A stretch of DNA of 64,000 bases from Eledone cirrhosa (Eukaryota), in contig OZ024740.1 in assembly GCA_964016885.1 (NCBI GenBank), positions 378,448,001 to 378,512,000 on the forward strand, in the 5' to 3' direction. A program made the position numbers and the translations under genes. The notes beneath the pieces were generated by a model. That model was not told the DNA's origin and did no database searches. It was given only the letters and a program-made list of their open reading frames with translations. Each line of letters opens with the position of its first letter. Positions within the stretch are counted from its first letter, which is position 1. This document shows, one piece after another, positions 13,126 through 26,272 of this stretch.

Positions 13126-13449
13126 ATCAGTGAAAGAAATGAACCAGAAATTTCTGGAAATTTTTATTAGAAATATGAGGGATTAAGTTCATCTCAATTT
13201 TAAACTCTGTCCGGAAATCCTGGGTTTCGCATGAGCTCGGACACACAACCACTCACATTAAATCCCCACAAGGTAAGAGGCCCTTTTACTTTGACCTTTC
13301 TTTCACAAGATCTTGTTGCTCCTGCTACTACTTGTGTGCCACTCATAACGCTACCATAAATTTCTAATAAAAACGTTTATATTGAAACTTAAAAAAAATT
13401 TATGGAAATATGAGACTGTAAATGAAATAAAAATTAAACAGGAATCTAT

Positions 13450-14160
13450 CCAGTAAGGATAGTTTTGATGTCTGGCTTAGCTGTCATAGAAGTGTATTTA
13501 CTGTCAAGAGTAGTTGGTATAGAACTGATGTAGTACAGAAGGTTTGGTGAGGAGCAAGGTGTATTGTATGATATGTGTCTTCATTATGCATTAGTCAAGT
13601 GGGAAATGGGTGAAGGATAGGTTTGGAAATGAAAATGGGTTAAAGGTTTTTTGCAATTCAGTGTGATAGTTATGGATACAGGTATATGAGCTTACTAACA
13701 AGCAGTTCAGTATATCAAACCATTTGTCTTCCTTGTCTAGAATGATTGCATAGAAAGAATTTGAAAGCTAAAATCATTATGTGCATTGAAGTTGATGACT
13801 TCAGAGAGAGGTGAGTTGTGGTAGATATCATCAAGGAAAAATAAATGATAATTGAATGACTAATAGAGGCTTGATGAGTTCAGGGAATGGTATAATCACC
13901 AGAGGAATTGAGAGGAATGGGGCAAAGAGACATCGAGCCAGACTGACTGGAAGTCTTGTTATTGATATTTAAGTGGGAGAGTTGAATGGATTTTACTTAA
14001 GTAGAGGAACAACCTAACATGAAAGATAGATGACAGGGAAAATGATGAGAGAAAATGAGATATTTGTGTCTTAGAAGGAAACAAAGTTTGTGGTTGACAC
14101 ATTAATAGGCAGGGTCAGTATTGTTCCAAACTCCACAGATGTCAGTAGAGGGAGAATTAC
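13450..14160 (-). mobile_element. Highly decayed LINE APE-endonuclease region (CR1-group-like)
   Basis: Minus-strand remnants NFNAHN (GDFNAH-like), THFP and LLLTKP. Pyrimidine-rich coding strand. Confidence 0.4.
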
Positions 14161-15387
14161 CTAGTAAATTGATCACATTTTGTATCTGACTTTTTGAGGG
14201 TATATGCTTATTTTAGAGGTTCTTATTATGCTCAAGTTCAATCCTGATTAAACAGACCTACAATCAAAGGCATTCCAATTATGTGCATCCTGATTTTTAT
14301 TTTAGGGATAGGTAGGACTAATATCTTCTGTCCCTATTCAAGAAAGTAGGGAGTGATTTGAGAGAGATTTGGAGGTTATTTCTAGCAATAGCCAAGTAAA
14401 GGCTCCCTCATCTTCGTGAAATAGGGAGAAGAAACTATGGTTCACAACTAACTGGCAAACCCTATATCAATTTCTGCGAATTCTTAGAAAGAAGTTAGTG
14501 GCCATGAAATGGTCTCTGGAGATCCTGTGCTTGCTGGGGAAAAGTTACAAACTGGTGGAGAGAGGATATGGAATTAGATGCTAGCCCTTGCCTTTTCTTG
14601 AGGCAGGTTTCAGCAGTGGGATTTTCAACACCTACATCCTTTGAGGATAAATCCAATGAAATCAATAACATCAAGAGATTGTTATTCACAAACTGAGATC
14701 TGGTTAGAATAAACAACCAGTGAACTCCACTAAAGTAAACTTCATAAAGATACCTTATTAAGGAAATGTTCATAACTTTGATGATATCCTCAATTAAACA
14801 TTTGTAACTAATATCTGAGCTAGCTGGTTATAGTGAAGAAAATGAAGGCAAATGTGTTAGTCATTTGCCAAACTAGCTAATCAGCTGTCAGAAGTATATT
14901 TAATACATTTTCTTTATACAAAAATACTTAACTTTGTGTTCATCATACTTAATACTTAACTTTGTGTTCATCATATGTATTTTTGTCAATGATATCACAT
15001 GCTAAGCGTTTGTCTACATCAATTCACAAAAGAAGAATTACACATTTTTGCTTTCATCAATATCATCATCATCATTTTATGTCTGATTTCCATGCTAGCA
15101 TAGGCTTAACAAGTTGTCAGTCTGAGTCAGTTCTTATTTGGAGTTACTACATTCCTATAATTTCATAAATGTAATGTATGTATGTTCTTCTGGTTTTATA
15201 ATTTCACAAATGTTTGCCAATAGAGAGAGAGTCGGTTTCTAACATAGTTACAAGATTCTCTCATTGTAATTTACACAACATCAACTTGGTAGATATGTAT
15301 GCATGTCTGCATGCATGCATGTGTAGGTATGGATGTTATTGTATGTGTGTGTGTATGTATGTATGTATGTATGTATGTATGTATGTA

Positions 15388-15622
15388 TCTGGAGATCTCT
15401 CTGCACTTGTCGTCACATGGTACCATAGACCCAGCACTATGTGTCAATAATTGTCACAAGTGTAGTGTTTGTACCAGAGTTTTCAAGTCGCTGGCTGGAC
15501 TAAAAGGTCACACTCGTTCAGCGCATCGGTAGGGGTTCTCCTACATGGATATAAAGTAGTGGCCGTACTCGAAAACGAGTTGGCAGCCACCATGTATGTA
15601 TGTATGTATGTATGTATGTATG
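15388..15622 (+). mobile_element. 3' end of a different RTE/BovB-like LINE with C-terminal C2H2 finger and (TATG)n tail
   Basis: CSVCTRVFKSLAGLKGHTRSAHR* followed by a short UTR. Flanked on both sides by (TATG)n. Confidence 0.65.
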
Positions 15623-16377
15623 AATGCATGGAATCGCCATCATCCTCATTACTGTTTTGTATTTGTCTGGTATGGGTTGAACAGGTTGTCATGTTATGTA
15701 ACCATAAAAGTCAAATGACCATGCCTTGCTCATACTTTGCATTTTGACAGGGTTTCTTTGACTGCATGCCCTTCCTAATGTGTATTTTATCATGGTACCA
15801 GAATTAGCCTTTTAAAGAGTATTCTGGGTGCATTTTAATGTGATACAAATACTGCCACATACAGCTAGGCAATAAAAGCAGTGATGGGAGTGTGTGTGTT
15901 AGGGGAGTTAAGTACAGGGTAGAAGTGGCACTCTAGGATGGATAGCAGTGGCAGCTACATGTTGCCTACTGAGGAAGAAGGAGAGAGCATAAGAGTAAAT
16001 GTTGGGCTGAGAATGCTTTTGAAAAGAGGGAGAGTGATAACTAGCAGTCCATTGTAGGGTGTGAGGGTGGGGAAGGAAGGTTAGATTCATAAGATTGGTG
16101 AATGTATACAGGGCTGCATCTTTCAGTGATTATAGAGGGGATGAGAGAGGGTAGGTGGGGATGATATAGTAAGACAATGATGTGAGGAGAGGTAAAGGAA
16201 GACAGGGAGGGGATGACCCATGCCCATCTATGCACACACACACACGCACATTGCATTGTAGAAGTTTACAATGACCTAACATATTTTGAAAATATACAGG
16301 ATACCAGTTCATCAACTTCTCCATTTAAAATTTCACATATTTTTTATCCCATCTGACCATGAAACTGTTTGGTAATG

Positions 16378-16478
16378 ACGTCCGTTCTTCCACGCTAGCA
16401 TGGGTTGGACAACCCGTCTAACCCATGCTAGCGTGGAAGAACGGACGTAAAACGGTGATGATGATGATGATGATGATG
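16378..16478 (+). mobile_element. RTE 3' terminus with an inverted duplication at its 5' junction
   Basis: 16378-16406 is the reverse complement of 16420-16448. The right part is identical to the tail at 43335-43403. Confidence 0.85.
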
Positions 16479-17094
16479 TATATACATATATTTATTTTTA
16501 CAAATGCTTCTTTCTACTATTGTTTCATGAGTTGTAAGTAACCATTGATGTGAAAGTGACTATTTTTATTATTTACCAATTAAATTTTTCTTTAATTGGT
16601 ATATATTAAGATACATCATATTAACAAAATATGGTGATTTAGTAAAAGCTCTCCATAAGAAAAAAAAATATACAAGAAAGGAACATTATTGTAAACTGAA
16701 TTAATTACATGTAAAAAGAGCTACAACTTGAATAGTTATTCTTTTATTTTATTTATATTATAAATATCTGAAGGATTTACAAAAACAAATAAATAAAACA
16801 AAATATTGTAAATGTAATGAAAATGCTTTCTCATGAAAATCTGATTTTATGTAAATGGATCCTGTTATAACATTGTTTTGTTAGTACATTGGTAATGTGT
16901 ATGACAGACTTCCTGTTACAGTTCTTGTACTTTTCTATGATATATCTTGCATTTATATCTGATTTTAGCATCTATTTTCTATCTGTGTATGATTCTTTGT
17001 TTTAATGTTTATTTATATCATTTTGAAAACATGGTTAGGTTAGAAGAAATTATGTTTTTGAATATTAATATTATAATGACAATTTCTATATATT

Positions 17095-18370
17095 CAGGAT
17101 GTCAGAAAATTGATGGTAGAAATTCATCCTTTAAAGAAATTTATGATGACATATATATGATTATTAAACAAAATCTTTTAGAATACATATTTTCTAAAGT
17201 TTCTTTTATTAAAGTTACTATTACATACATTCAATATGTGCCCCATTATTCACAAAATATCCTGTTGACGCTTCAAATGCTGCCATGTATCCTGCAGTAT
17301 TTCCACATCAGTTGGTTCAATAGCCGCTGTGATTCTTGCTACTAAATCATCATTGTCTGTCATCAATGTATTGTACACAAGATCTTTTATGAAACCCAAA
17401 GAAAAAAATCACATAGTATAATATTGAGAGATCTAACCAGCCAATGAATTGCACTGCCTTTTAGGAATGTCTAATTCATAGACTTGTGGATGCTGAAGGC
17501 CCAATGTGGTGGTGTGCAGTCTTGCTGAAAATGATGTATAGTTGCAGTTTACACAGTTGTGAATGCACAAAGTGTTGCAACATATCCAGGTAAGTGTTGG
17601 AAGTCACAGTTGATTCATCAAAGAAGAATGGTCTAATCTCATGATCATAACAGGCCAAGTCACAAATTAACTTTAGGACTGTCACTAACGTGCTCTGCTG
17701 TGGAATGTGAATTTTGTGAGCCCCATATGCACACATTTTGTTTATTACCTTTCTCTGAGACACTAAATATTTTCTCATCAGAAATATTATCCTGGTCAGA
17801 AAATCATTGGCCTGGTTGACTCTATCAAGCATAGTCATTGCAAATTCCTAACATGTGATCTATACCTTTGCATAATCTGTTGCAAGATTTGCAACTTATA
17901 AAGCTGCAACTTGAAATATTTACTCAAGATATCATACACTGTTGAAAGAAGCATCTGTAACTCTTGTGATGGAATATGAAAAAAAGCCTTTCAAATGCAC
18001 TCAACATTTTCTTCAGATGTTTGAAGCTGCCCTGCACCTTTCTTATGCTCTACACTTTCAATTTCCTCAAACATCTTGTACTAAACTTGTATGGTTGTTT
18101 TTGACAGAGGAATTCTGTTGTAATTAGTTTTAAACTTTTGTGTGTCTCATTTGGTCTCCTGTGCACTCATTTTGGATGGTTACATATGAATATGTGAAAA
18201 AGAAAAAACTTGTCAAAACTTGGTACAAATTGTTGGTGCAAATAACACAATTTGACACAGAAACTAAGTTTTTCTGTAAAATGACATAACATTGGAATTT
18301 TTACATTTTCTGATTGACTTACGATAATATTGTAAGGCAGAAGTTGTACAGATAATTTTTGGACAGCCTG
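17095..18370 (-). mobile_element. Decayed Tc1/mariner-superfamily DNA transposon (DDxD type)
   Basis: RPFFFDESTVTSNTYLDMLQHF, frameshifted F-QQDGAPPH-like and CDFF-LWGFIKDLVY remnants. Degenerate TIRs CAGGATGTCAGAAAATT and AATTTTTGGACAGCCTG-TA. Length about 1.28 kb. Confidence 0.8.
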
Positions 18371-19703
18371 TATATTAAGTGATTTGGTTGAATTATTATC
18401 ATTATTAATTCATTGAGTAAAGTACCAGTAATAAAGTACCAGTAATGCACTGGGTAATTGCTGGCCTTGTGCCAAAAGTAGAAACAATTATTAATTCATT
18501 GAGTAATTTCTTTGAGATTATTCTAGTTCAATGAAACAAAATTAATTTCAAAATAATTGAATCATTACAATATTTACTCAGGGCCTATAAGAGGTGGGTG
18601 GGGTTCAGCTACTACAAAGATCTGGGGCCTGGTGAGATAGGGAGGGGGCTCATATATATATATATGTTGTTTCCATCCCCAAGAAATTGATTTCGAGCAG
18701 CTTTCTCAATGAGAAATGCACACCTTGCAAAATGTTTTGGAGGTCTTGTATCTACTGATAATGTATTATTTCTAAATTTAACATTATAAGTAACATTGAA
18801 ATATCACAATCCTCTTTTTGCAGAGTAAATACAATGAAATGCCAGTGGTCTTTATTTGATTTATTCTTATCATTAAAAACATATTTTCTCATTTTCGTAG
18901 ATAGATGCTTATTTGTAATACATTCTATGTGTTTTGAAGCCAAATAAATTAGGTGAAAATAATGATCTTTTCAAAAGAAGAATATTCACTATGGTATTTG
19001 CAACACATTTCAATGCTTTACTTGATTAGTTATTTCCTTAAAAATTGGAAATGTTATTTTAGACATTAGTCTAATCCTTAGAGACAACTTTATTAATTTT
19101 CAGAGTAAAAGTTTGTTTTTAATTTTGTTCTCATTTTGATAACTAGTCAAGTTATTTCTTGATATATATATTTTGTGCATTGTAATTACTTGCGACTATT
19201 TAAGCAATTATTGCTAAGATTTCTGGTTGACTCCCCAATTATTACTTGTTAACCTAATTATCACTTGACTTTCTAGTAATAATTGGCAATCTACTTGTGA
19301 TATTTAATAGTTTTCAGGGTACTGTTATGACACTTCAGGTCCAAAAATTGTCATTTACTGATTCATATTTACAAAGTGCATGATGTGTGCTGTTTTCTAC
19401 TGTGTACAACCAGTATGTAACTGCCACCCACTCTCTTTCACATACTATCCTATCACTCTGTTTCCACTGTCACACTCAGATTCATAGTCACTGCTGTATC
19501 AACATTTTAGCCATCACTTCCCTTCTAATTAAAATCCCAATCACATTTGTTTTGAAAGAATGACAACTATGTAGGGTCAAGAGAATTCTTTTGTTTTGCA
19601 AGGGATAAGGTAGTCCCTCCAGTTTAGTGTCATGAAAAATATACCCAGTTCACTGCTAAAGTCGTTGGCAATTAAATGGAGACAATATAAGGGGACAAAT
19701 AGT

Positions 19704-19920
19704 GGTTTCTCATATAGGCACAAGGCCAGCAATTTTGGGGGAGGGGAAAGTCGATTAAATCGACCCCAGTGCATTACTGGTACTTTATTTTATCGACCCC
19801 GTAAGGATGAAAGGCAAAGTTAACCTTGGCAGGATTTGAACTCAGATCATAAAGGGCTGTAACTCTATGCTGCAAAGCATGGCATCCGACTCTCTACTAA
19901 TACTGCCAATCCACCGCCCT
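19704..19920 (-). mobile_element. SINE family C (tRNA head plus Nin-like domain)
   Basis: B-box GAGTTCAAATCC and GCCTTTCATCCTTACGGGGTCGATAAAAT core. 13-bp TSD GGGGACAAATAGT. Confidence 0.85.
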
Positions 19921-21559
19921 TGGGGACAAATAGTACACTCTATAAAGTGGTTGGAGTTAGAAAAGCATTGAATCATAGAAATCATGCCAAAAATGGAATG
20001 TATGAGTAAGATATGGTCCTTCAGCATATCTAGAAGGACAGTATGTTTGAATAAGACCTTGCTTAGACTATAACAGCTCACCCAGCCTATGAAAAGCTGA
20101 TGTATAAAGATGATGAAAATTCAATTTAAAAGAAAATTTATGGTTTCATATGCTTTAAATGTACAGAATTTTGTTTTTAATCAAATACAATTCAATTTTA
20201 CATAATCATAATTTAATATTTCATATCAGAGAAGAAATGCTTAAATCTACTTGGCGATATAACAGGGATGAAGCCTTTTAGATAACATTAAACAGATCAA
20301 CCATCATCATCATCATCACCGTTTTACGTCCGTTCTTCCACGCTAGCATTGCTGGTTGTATGATAAGATGCACCCAGTACATGTTGTAAAGTGGTTGCAG
20401 TTAGGAAGGGCTTCTAGCTATAGAAACCATACCAAAATAGAATGTATGAGTAAGATGTGGTCAGCTGATCTGACAAATCTTAGAATGTGACAACTCATCT
20501 AACCCATACCAGCATGGAAAGTAGATGTGAAATGGTGAGGATGATAATGATGATGATCCTGAACATGTAAGGATTATCAGAAATGTTAGAGCATCAGATG
20601 TGATGTTTTATAGTATCACTTTCAGCTCTTTTCATTCTGAGTTCACTTATGACAAGACTGGTGCCAAGCTGTATCAGTGCTTGCTCTTCCCTTGAACAAC
20701 ACCAGAGGCTGACTTATCTACTATCAATACCTCTGACTTTTTTCTTTTTTTTTGTCTTTGTGAATCCTGTCAGGATGTATCACAGGCCTTATATTATATT
20801 ACCATCAGTACAATGAATGAACTAGTGTTGCTTTCTGATTTACCATCACAGTATAGTTATAAGAAAAAGAGCAGTGAAAGAATTCTGGTATTAAGTCCAT
20901 TAGCATTATCTTATTGTGAATAGTAACTTAAAGTGCTCATTGTAAACCCAGGTGTGCCCTCATCCAACCGGTTATGGCACACTTTTTTACATTTCAATTG
21001 TCTGATGTTAAAGCATGCTCTGGCATCACTGGCCTATTATAACTATTTCCACTGCTGAAAAGGAAAAAGATGGACAAAAGCACGGTTAAGAATTTTATTT
21101 CACAACTACATGGCTCTGTGTTTGATCACATATTTCAGCACTTTACTGAGGTGTCTTTTATCATAATCTTGGTTGATCAATGCCTACTATGTGGAATTTG
21201 GTAGACAGAAACCGTGAAGAAGTCTGATAAATATATGTACACCATATTTAATATTAAAAGAATTAGGTGAAAATTGTGAATTTAAAAAAAAATTCCAACA
21301 AATCTTTGAAAACAAAGATGTCAAAGGATGTATTTCTGAGACATATAATGAGTAATGCACACTTCATTGTTTTCAGTTGTGACATACCTTATGTGTTGTG
21401 AATACATTCAAAGGCAGTAGTTAATTCTATTAGCATACTGGTGGTCTGTGATTATACACTGTTTTGTTCAACAGTGATTATTTAATTTGAAATTTTTATA
21501 ATCTAAGATATAAAAATTACATTACCAATCAATGCTCATAATGAAAACATCTTCAGTAT

Positions 21560-23000
21560 ATGCCCTTATAATAAAAGAATGGATGTGAACAAGAGACATA
21601 TAGCTTGCAGTGCAAAATTTAAGCTTAGTCAAAGAATTTACTAAAAGAAAACAATTGTCTTGGAAATTTAGTGTTATTGAGAGCAATATTGGGCTGTGGA
21701 GAAAGAACAAAACCTAACTTCAAAAATGTCAAGCAGTAATTAGTTTCTAAGGAAAAAGCAGGCTCACTATCCAGAGTTGGAAAAAGTATTGGCTGAATGG
21801 GTGGAACTCAAGATGGACGTGTTAATCAGTTTTTTAAATTTTTAAATGGGTGTTGCCAGAGATTCTTCAGAAGGCATTCTTTAGTTTTACGTCAGAAAAT
21901 AAAAATTTAATTGAAACTTGTTGATTTGTATGCTAAAAGTATGTAATTTATAATAAAACTGAAAAGGTAACACCACTATGAACTGAATCAAATTGAAGAC
22001 ATGAATGTGAAAGCCATGTTATTTAACATACTGGGAAAAAGCGCATTATATAAAATAAGAAGTAAGCTTATGTTAGAACAAACATGAAACATGAAAAAAA
22101 TAAACAAAACAAAACAAATAAACTTACTTTGTTTTGTCAAGCTGATGGGACTAAAACTAAAGCCCTTAACTATTTTTGAAAGAAAGACAAGTTTAAAAAG
22201 GGAAACATTTCCTTTTGGAGTTACTGTTTTCTGCTAGTATTGTGATAAAATGCACTCAGCCCACTCTGTAAAGTGGTAGTGTTGGTGCTACAATAAAATG
22301 CACCTAGCCCTGTATATGCCGTGAAGTGGTTAGTATTGGGAAGGGCATCCAGCTCTAGAAACAATGCCAAAATGAAATGTATGAGTAAGACACAATAATC
22401 TGACATGTTTGGTCTCAGAATGTGACAACCAGTCTAACCCATGCAAGCATGGAAAACAGATGTAAAATGCTGATGATGATGCTATCTTTGAGGTTTATGG
22501 TTAAGAAGAATATGGAATAAACAACCTAGAGCTCTTTTGGAGAAATCTGCAATGCTGGTGTGTGACTTAGAGATCATCTAGTGAGCCAGTGAAATACATA
22601 TTGCAACTACATGATTCCATGTAGTTTTACAAGTGTTCTTTAGCTCCTTGATGTTGTATTGAACAAGCCATTTCGGGATGAAATTAGGAAGTACCGAATA
22701 TTATGAATATCATCTGATGAGGAAAAAATAGCAAGAGGTACTTTTAAAAGTCTGGCCTTGTTACTGTTGCCACCTGAGTTAAAGTAGCTTGAAATACTTT
22801 ATCTGAATATATGGTTTCCAAGAGCATTTTAAAGATTGTCAGTAGGAATGAATTGGACGAACATAAGATAGCCTATTGTGGAATGATCCTGATGCAATCA
22901 CTGATGATGAAATAATGGGATGAGACATTTATGAAAAGTTAAATCCAGAAAAATGGCTGGAGTTATTTAGAGAATTAGGCGATGAATCAGAGTTAGATCG
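21560..23000 (+). mobile_element. Decayed pogo/Tigger-type transposase relic, interrupted by an RTE-tail repeat at about 22220-22480
   Basis: YPELEKVLAEWV (CENP-B HTH), HSLVLRQK, ADGTK/LKPLTIFERKT and LDVVLNKPFRD (QPLD-like). Many stops and frameshifts. Confidence 0.7.
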
Positions 23001-23725
23001 TTTGTAAGTGATGAGGTAATTTTATGAACAATAAACTTTTTAAAACCTGTACTACAGCCTTCACTTAACAGGTTTTAAAATAAAAAGTTACTGAGAAAAA
23101 GAAGGAAACATGCCAGTTTTAATGTTTGTATTTCGGTCCTATAATTTTTGTGTTTTATGCTTGAAGAGATTTAAAATTTAAAGCAATATTAAGTTGGTTT
23201 CTTAAAACATATAAACAAATATGGCTGTACTTGGTAGAATTATACTAACTTTTAACTATGAAGAATGGGGATTGCATTGTCCTCAAGTAAATACTTTTTG
23301 TAGATCTATATCTTTTATTGATGTATATTGCTGAAAGTTGTATAAACAATAAAAACATAGTGCTTTTGAATAAAAATATTATTTTAGGCATTTGTCCCAC
23401 AAGAGTTTCACATAAAATCCTTTTTCACTCTTGCCATCAGAAATGCAATGAACCAGTGATTAGCATAATTGAAATTTGTAACTCATGTAATTATTGTCTC
23501 TGAAATGTGATGGAAATATATATATATAATGCACCAAGTGTACTCTGTAAAGTAGTATTGTTGGTGCCATGATAAAATGCTCTCAGTACACACTGTAAGA
23601 TGGGTGCCATTAAGGACATCCAGCCAAAAATGAGCAAACCATGGTTACGTGACTGGTTTAGCCTCAGAAAGTGACAACCTGTATAACCCATGCAAGCATG
23701 CAAAATAGCTTTTAAATGGTAGTGG

Positions 23726-24280
23726 TGATGATATATTTTAAAGTATGGCATATATTACTGACCTCCAGTGAACTGCTAAATTGCAGGATGTATTGTTTAT
23801 TGGGACATAAACAAATGTTACTGCTTGCTTTAAACTATGTTGATTTGAAGATGCATGTCATGACTGATTCTCTCTCTCACACACACACTGATAAATGTAT
23901 ACACCTTATATACAATGGCCTTTCATACAGTTTCCATCTACCAATTTCACTCACAAAGCTTAAATCAGCTGACATCTATAGCAGAAAACACTTGCCCAAG
24001 AAGCCATGCAGAAGGACAGAACCCCAAACCCTGTTTCTGATGCAAACATAGCTATAAAAAATAGTTTTTATGTATATCATCATCATTTTTGTATCAATTT
24101 TCTCCCACTGTGATAGATTAGATAAGACTTGTTGGTGTGAATTTTATTTAGGGCTGGGTGTCCTTCTTGACATCTACTGATAGTTTGCTTTATTTTTTAA
24201 AAGTATGGTATATACTACTGGTTTTCATCAAACTGGTTAGCTGTGTCTGGGACATAAACAAACATCACCACTTGCTTTAA
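23726..24280 (+). repeat. Two diverged direct copies of an unclassified repeat of about 100 bp (23726-23833 and 24195-24280)
   Basis: Shared TTAAAGTATGG-ATATA-TACTG...TGGGACATAAACAAA...CTTGCTTTAA. Confidence 0.6.
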
Positions 24281-25006
24281 CCCTTTTGGTGCCATATTTC
24301 TAATGATAGACACTGCCTATGATTTTTATATTAGTAATTTCATAATGTAATTAACCTTCTCATTAAGTTGGTACACTTAATAAAGTGGTAGTGCACTTAG
24401 TGTACTATATAAAATGGCTGGCATAAGGAAGGGCATTCAACCATAGAAAATATATATGTCTGTCTCTATGTATGTATATATGGTGGTGAATTGGAAGAGT
24501 CATTAGAATGTCAGATAATATGCTTTGCAGCATTCATTCTGCTCTCTGTGCTCTGAATTCAAATCACACCAATGTCAATTTTGCCTTTCATCCTTTCATG
24601 GTTGAAAAAAATATGTATCAGTCTACTTCTGGGGTAGATTCTTCCTCTCTCTCTCTCTCACTCACTTTCTCTCCTTCTTTGGAAGAAATCTACTGTGATC
24701 AGACCTGGAGAAGAGATGGGCTCTGCCAGGTTTAAAACTACCAAAGAAATGGTGTATGGCACTACGGCGCACCTATGACTCCATCAGGAAGTATGGGTCT
24801 AAAAGAAAGAAAAGATGTATCTATATATAAATATAGATTGATGGCAAAAACATATATATGTATATTTCTTTATGTTGATATTCTCTGCTACTGGCAAATG
24901 TGCACTTTATCATTCCCTAGTTGCACAAATGGTAGTCACTTGTCAATTGTCCTATAATGATATATACATTTATAAACATATATGTATGTTTGTTTGTATA
25001 CATATG

Positions 25007-25087
<81 letters not shown>

Positions 25088-25125
25088 AGGAAGTTGTAGT
25101 TCATTTGAAGCATTGTGTAATGAGG

Positions 25126-25479
25126 TATAAACGTTTGGAGTTGTAAGGCCAAGACAATGCAGGTATGGATATAGAATATAAATGCAAAAGATATTGTTGA
25201 CAATTAGTCTTTTACCTTAAATTTATTTAAATATCCTTAATTTTCGAGATAATATCTCTTCTTCGGAGGGAAGTAAAGGGGTTAATCCAGTGTTCTAATG
25301 AGCTAATTAGAACACTGGATTAACTCCTTTACTTCCCTCCGAAGAAGAGATATTATCTCGAAAATTAAGGATATTTAAATAAATTTAAGGTAAAAGACTA
25401 ATTGTCAACAATATCTTTTGCATTTATATTCTATATCCATACCTGCATTGTCTTGGCCTTACAACTACAAACGTTTATA
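25126..25479. repeat. Near-perfect palindrome of about 354 bp (foldback element) between (TA)n tracts, with a hammerhead-like motif in each arm
   Basis: Arms of about 175 bp are reverse-complementary with very few mismatches, centred on AGCT at 25301-25304. Motif CCT-CCGAAGA-A-GAGAT-ATT-ATCTC-GAAA-ATTA-AGG at 25336-25370 (+), mirrored at 25235-25269 (-). Confidence 0.92.
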
Positions 25480-25766
25480 TATATATATATATAAAACTTT
25501 GTATAAATATGTTGCCCCAGTTCACTCGGCTGTAGAAATGAGTTGCGATGTCACTGGTGCCACGTTGTATTGGCCTTTCCCTTTTCTTTGGACAACATCG
25601 ATGACATAAAGAGGGGAGACTAGTATGTGTGGGTGGCTGCTGATTTTCCACAAAAATACCTTACCCGATCTTGTGCCTTGGAGAGAAACTTTCTAGGTGC
25701 AAAACACATGGTCATTCGTGACCAAAGGATGTCTTTGCCCTTTACCCTTTAGATGTGTATATATAT

Positions 25767-25985
25767 ATTATTCAAAATATTAATAAATGAAGACATTCAC
25801 ATAATCAAAATATATGTTTTATTATATATATTTCGAAGGTACTGTGCTGTTTTTTCAGTACGTCCTCGACAGATAAAATACATGAATTGATGTACGACAT
25901 ACCTCAACAGTCTCGATGGTTCAATTCCAGTATTGGCACATATTGATTATGTGAATGTCTTCATTTATTAATATTTTGAATAATA
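25767..25985. repeat. Foldback element with arms of about 43 bp and an internal hammerhead-like motif on the minus strand
   Basis: TATTATTCAAAATATTAATAAATGAAGACATTCACATAATCAA is inverted at 25943-25985. Minus 25817-25878 reads TTTTAT-CTGTCGA-GGACGTACTG..CAGTACCTTC-GAAA-TATATA-TA-ATAAAA. Confidence 0.8.
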
Positions 25986-26099
25986 TTAATAACTCCAGAA
26001 AACTTCCTTGTAGAGTGCTTTTAATCTATTGTAAAACTATATTCATTGAGTAATCAATGAACCATATTAATCTTTGGTTATATATATATATATATGATA

Positions 26100-26272
26100 A
26101 AGAATTGGGACCCTGACAGCTGAGCTCTTGCTGTTTCAACAGCTAGTTCCAGACTGGAACTAGCTGTCGGGGTTCCAACTATTTATAATATAACCATACT
26201 ACTACCTCAAGTATTGAGTACTCTGGTGAGTAATGAATGGTCTAACCAGTTTCAAACTGAATCCATCCTGAT
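26100..26272. repeat. (TA)n-flanked hairpin element, related in opposite orientation to 37995-38210
   Basis: Nested hairpin ACAGCTAGTTCCAG-A-CTGGAACTAGCTGT. The CTACTACC..AAG..AGTACTCTGGTG segment matches the reverse complement of 38030-38080. Confidence 0.65.
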
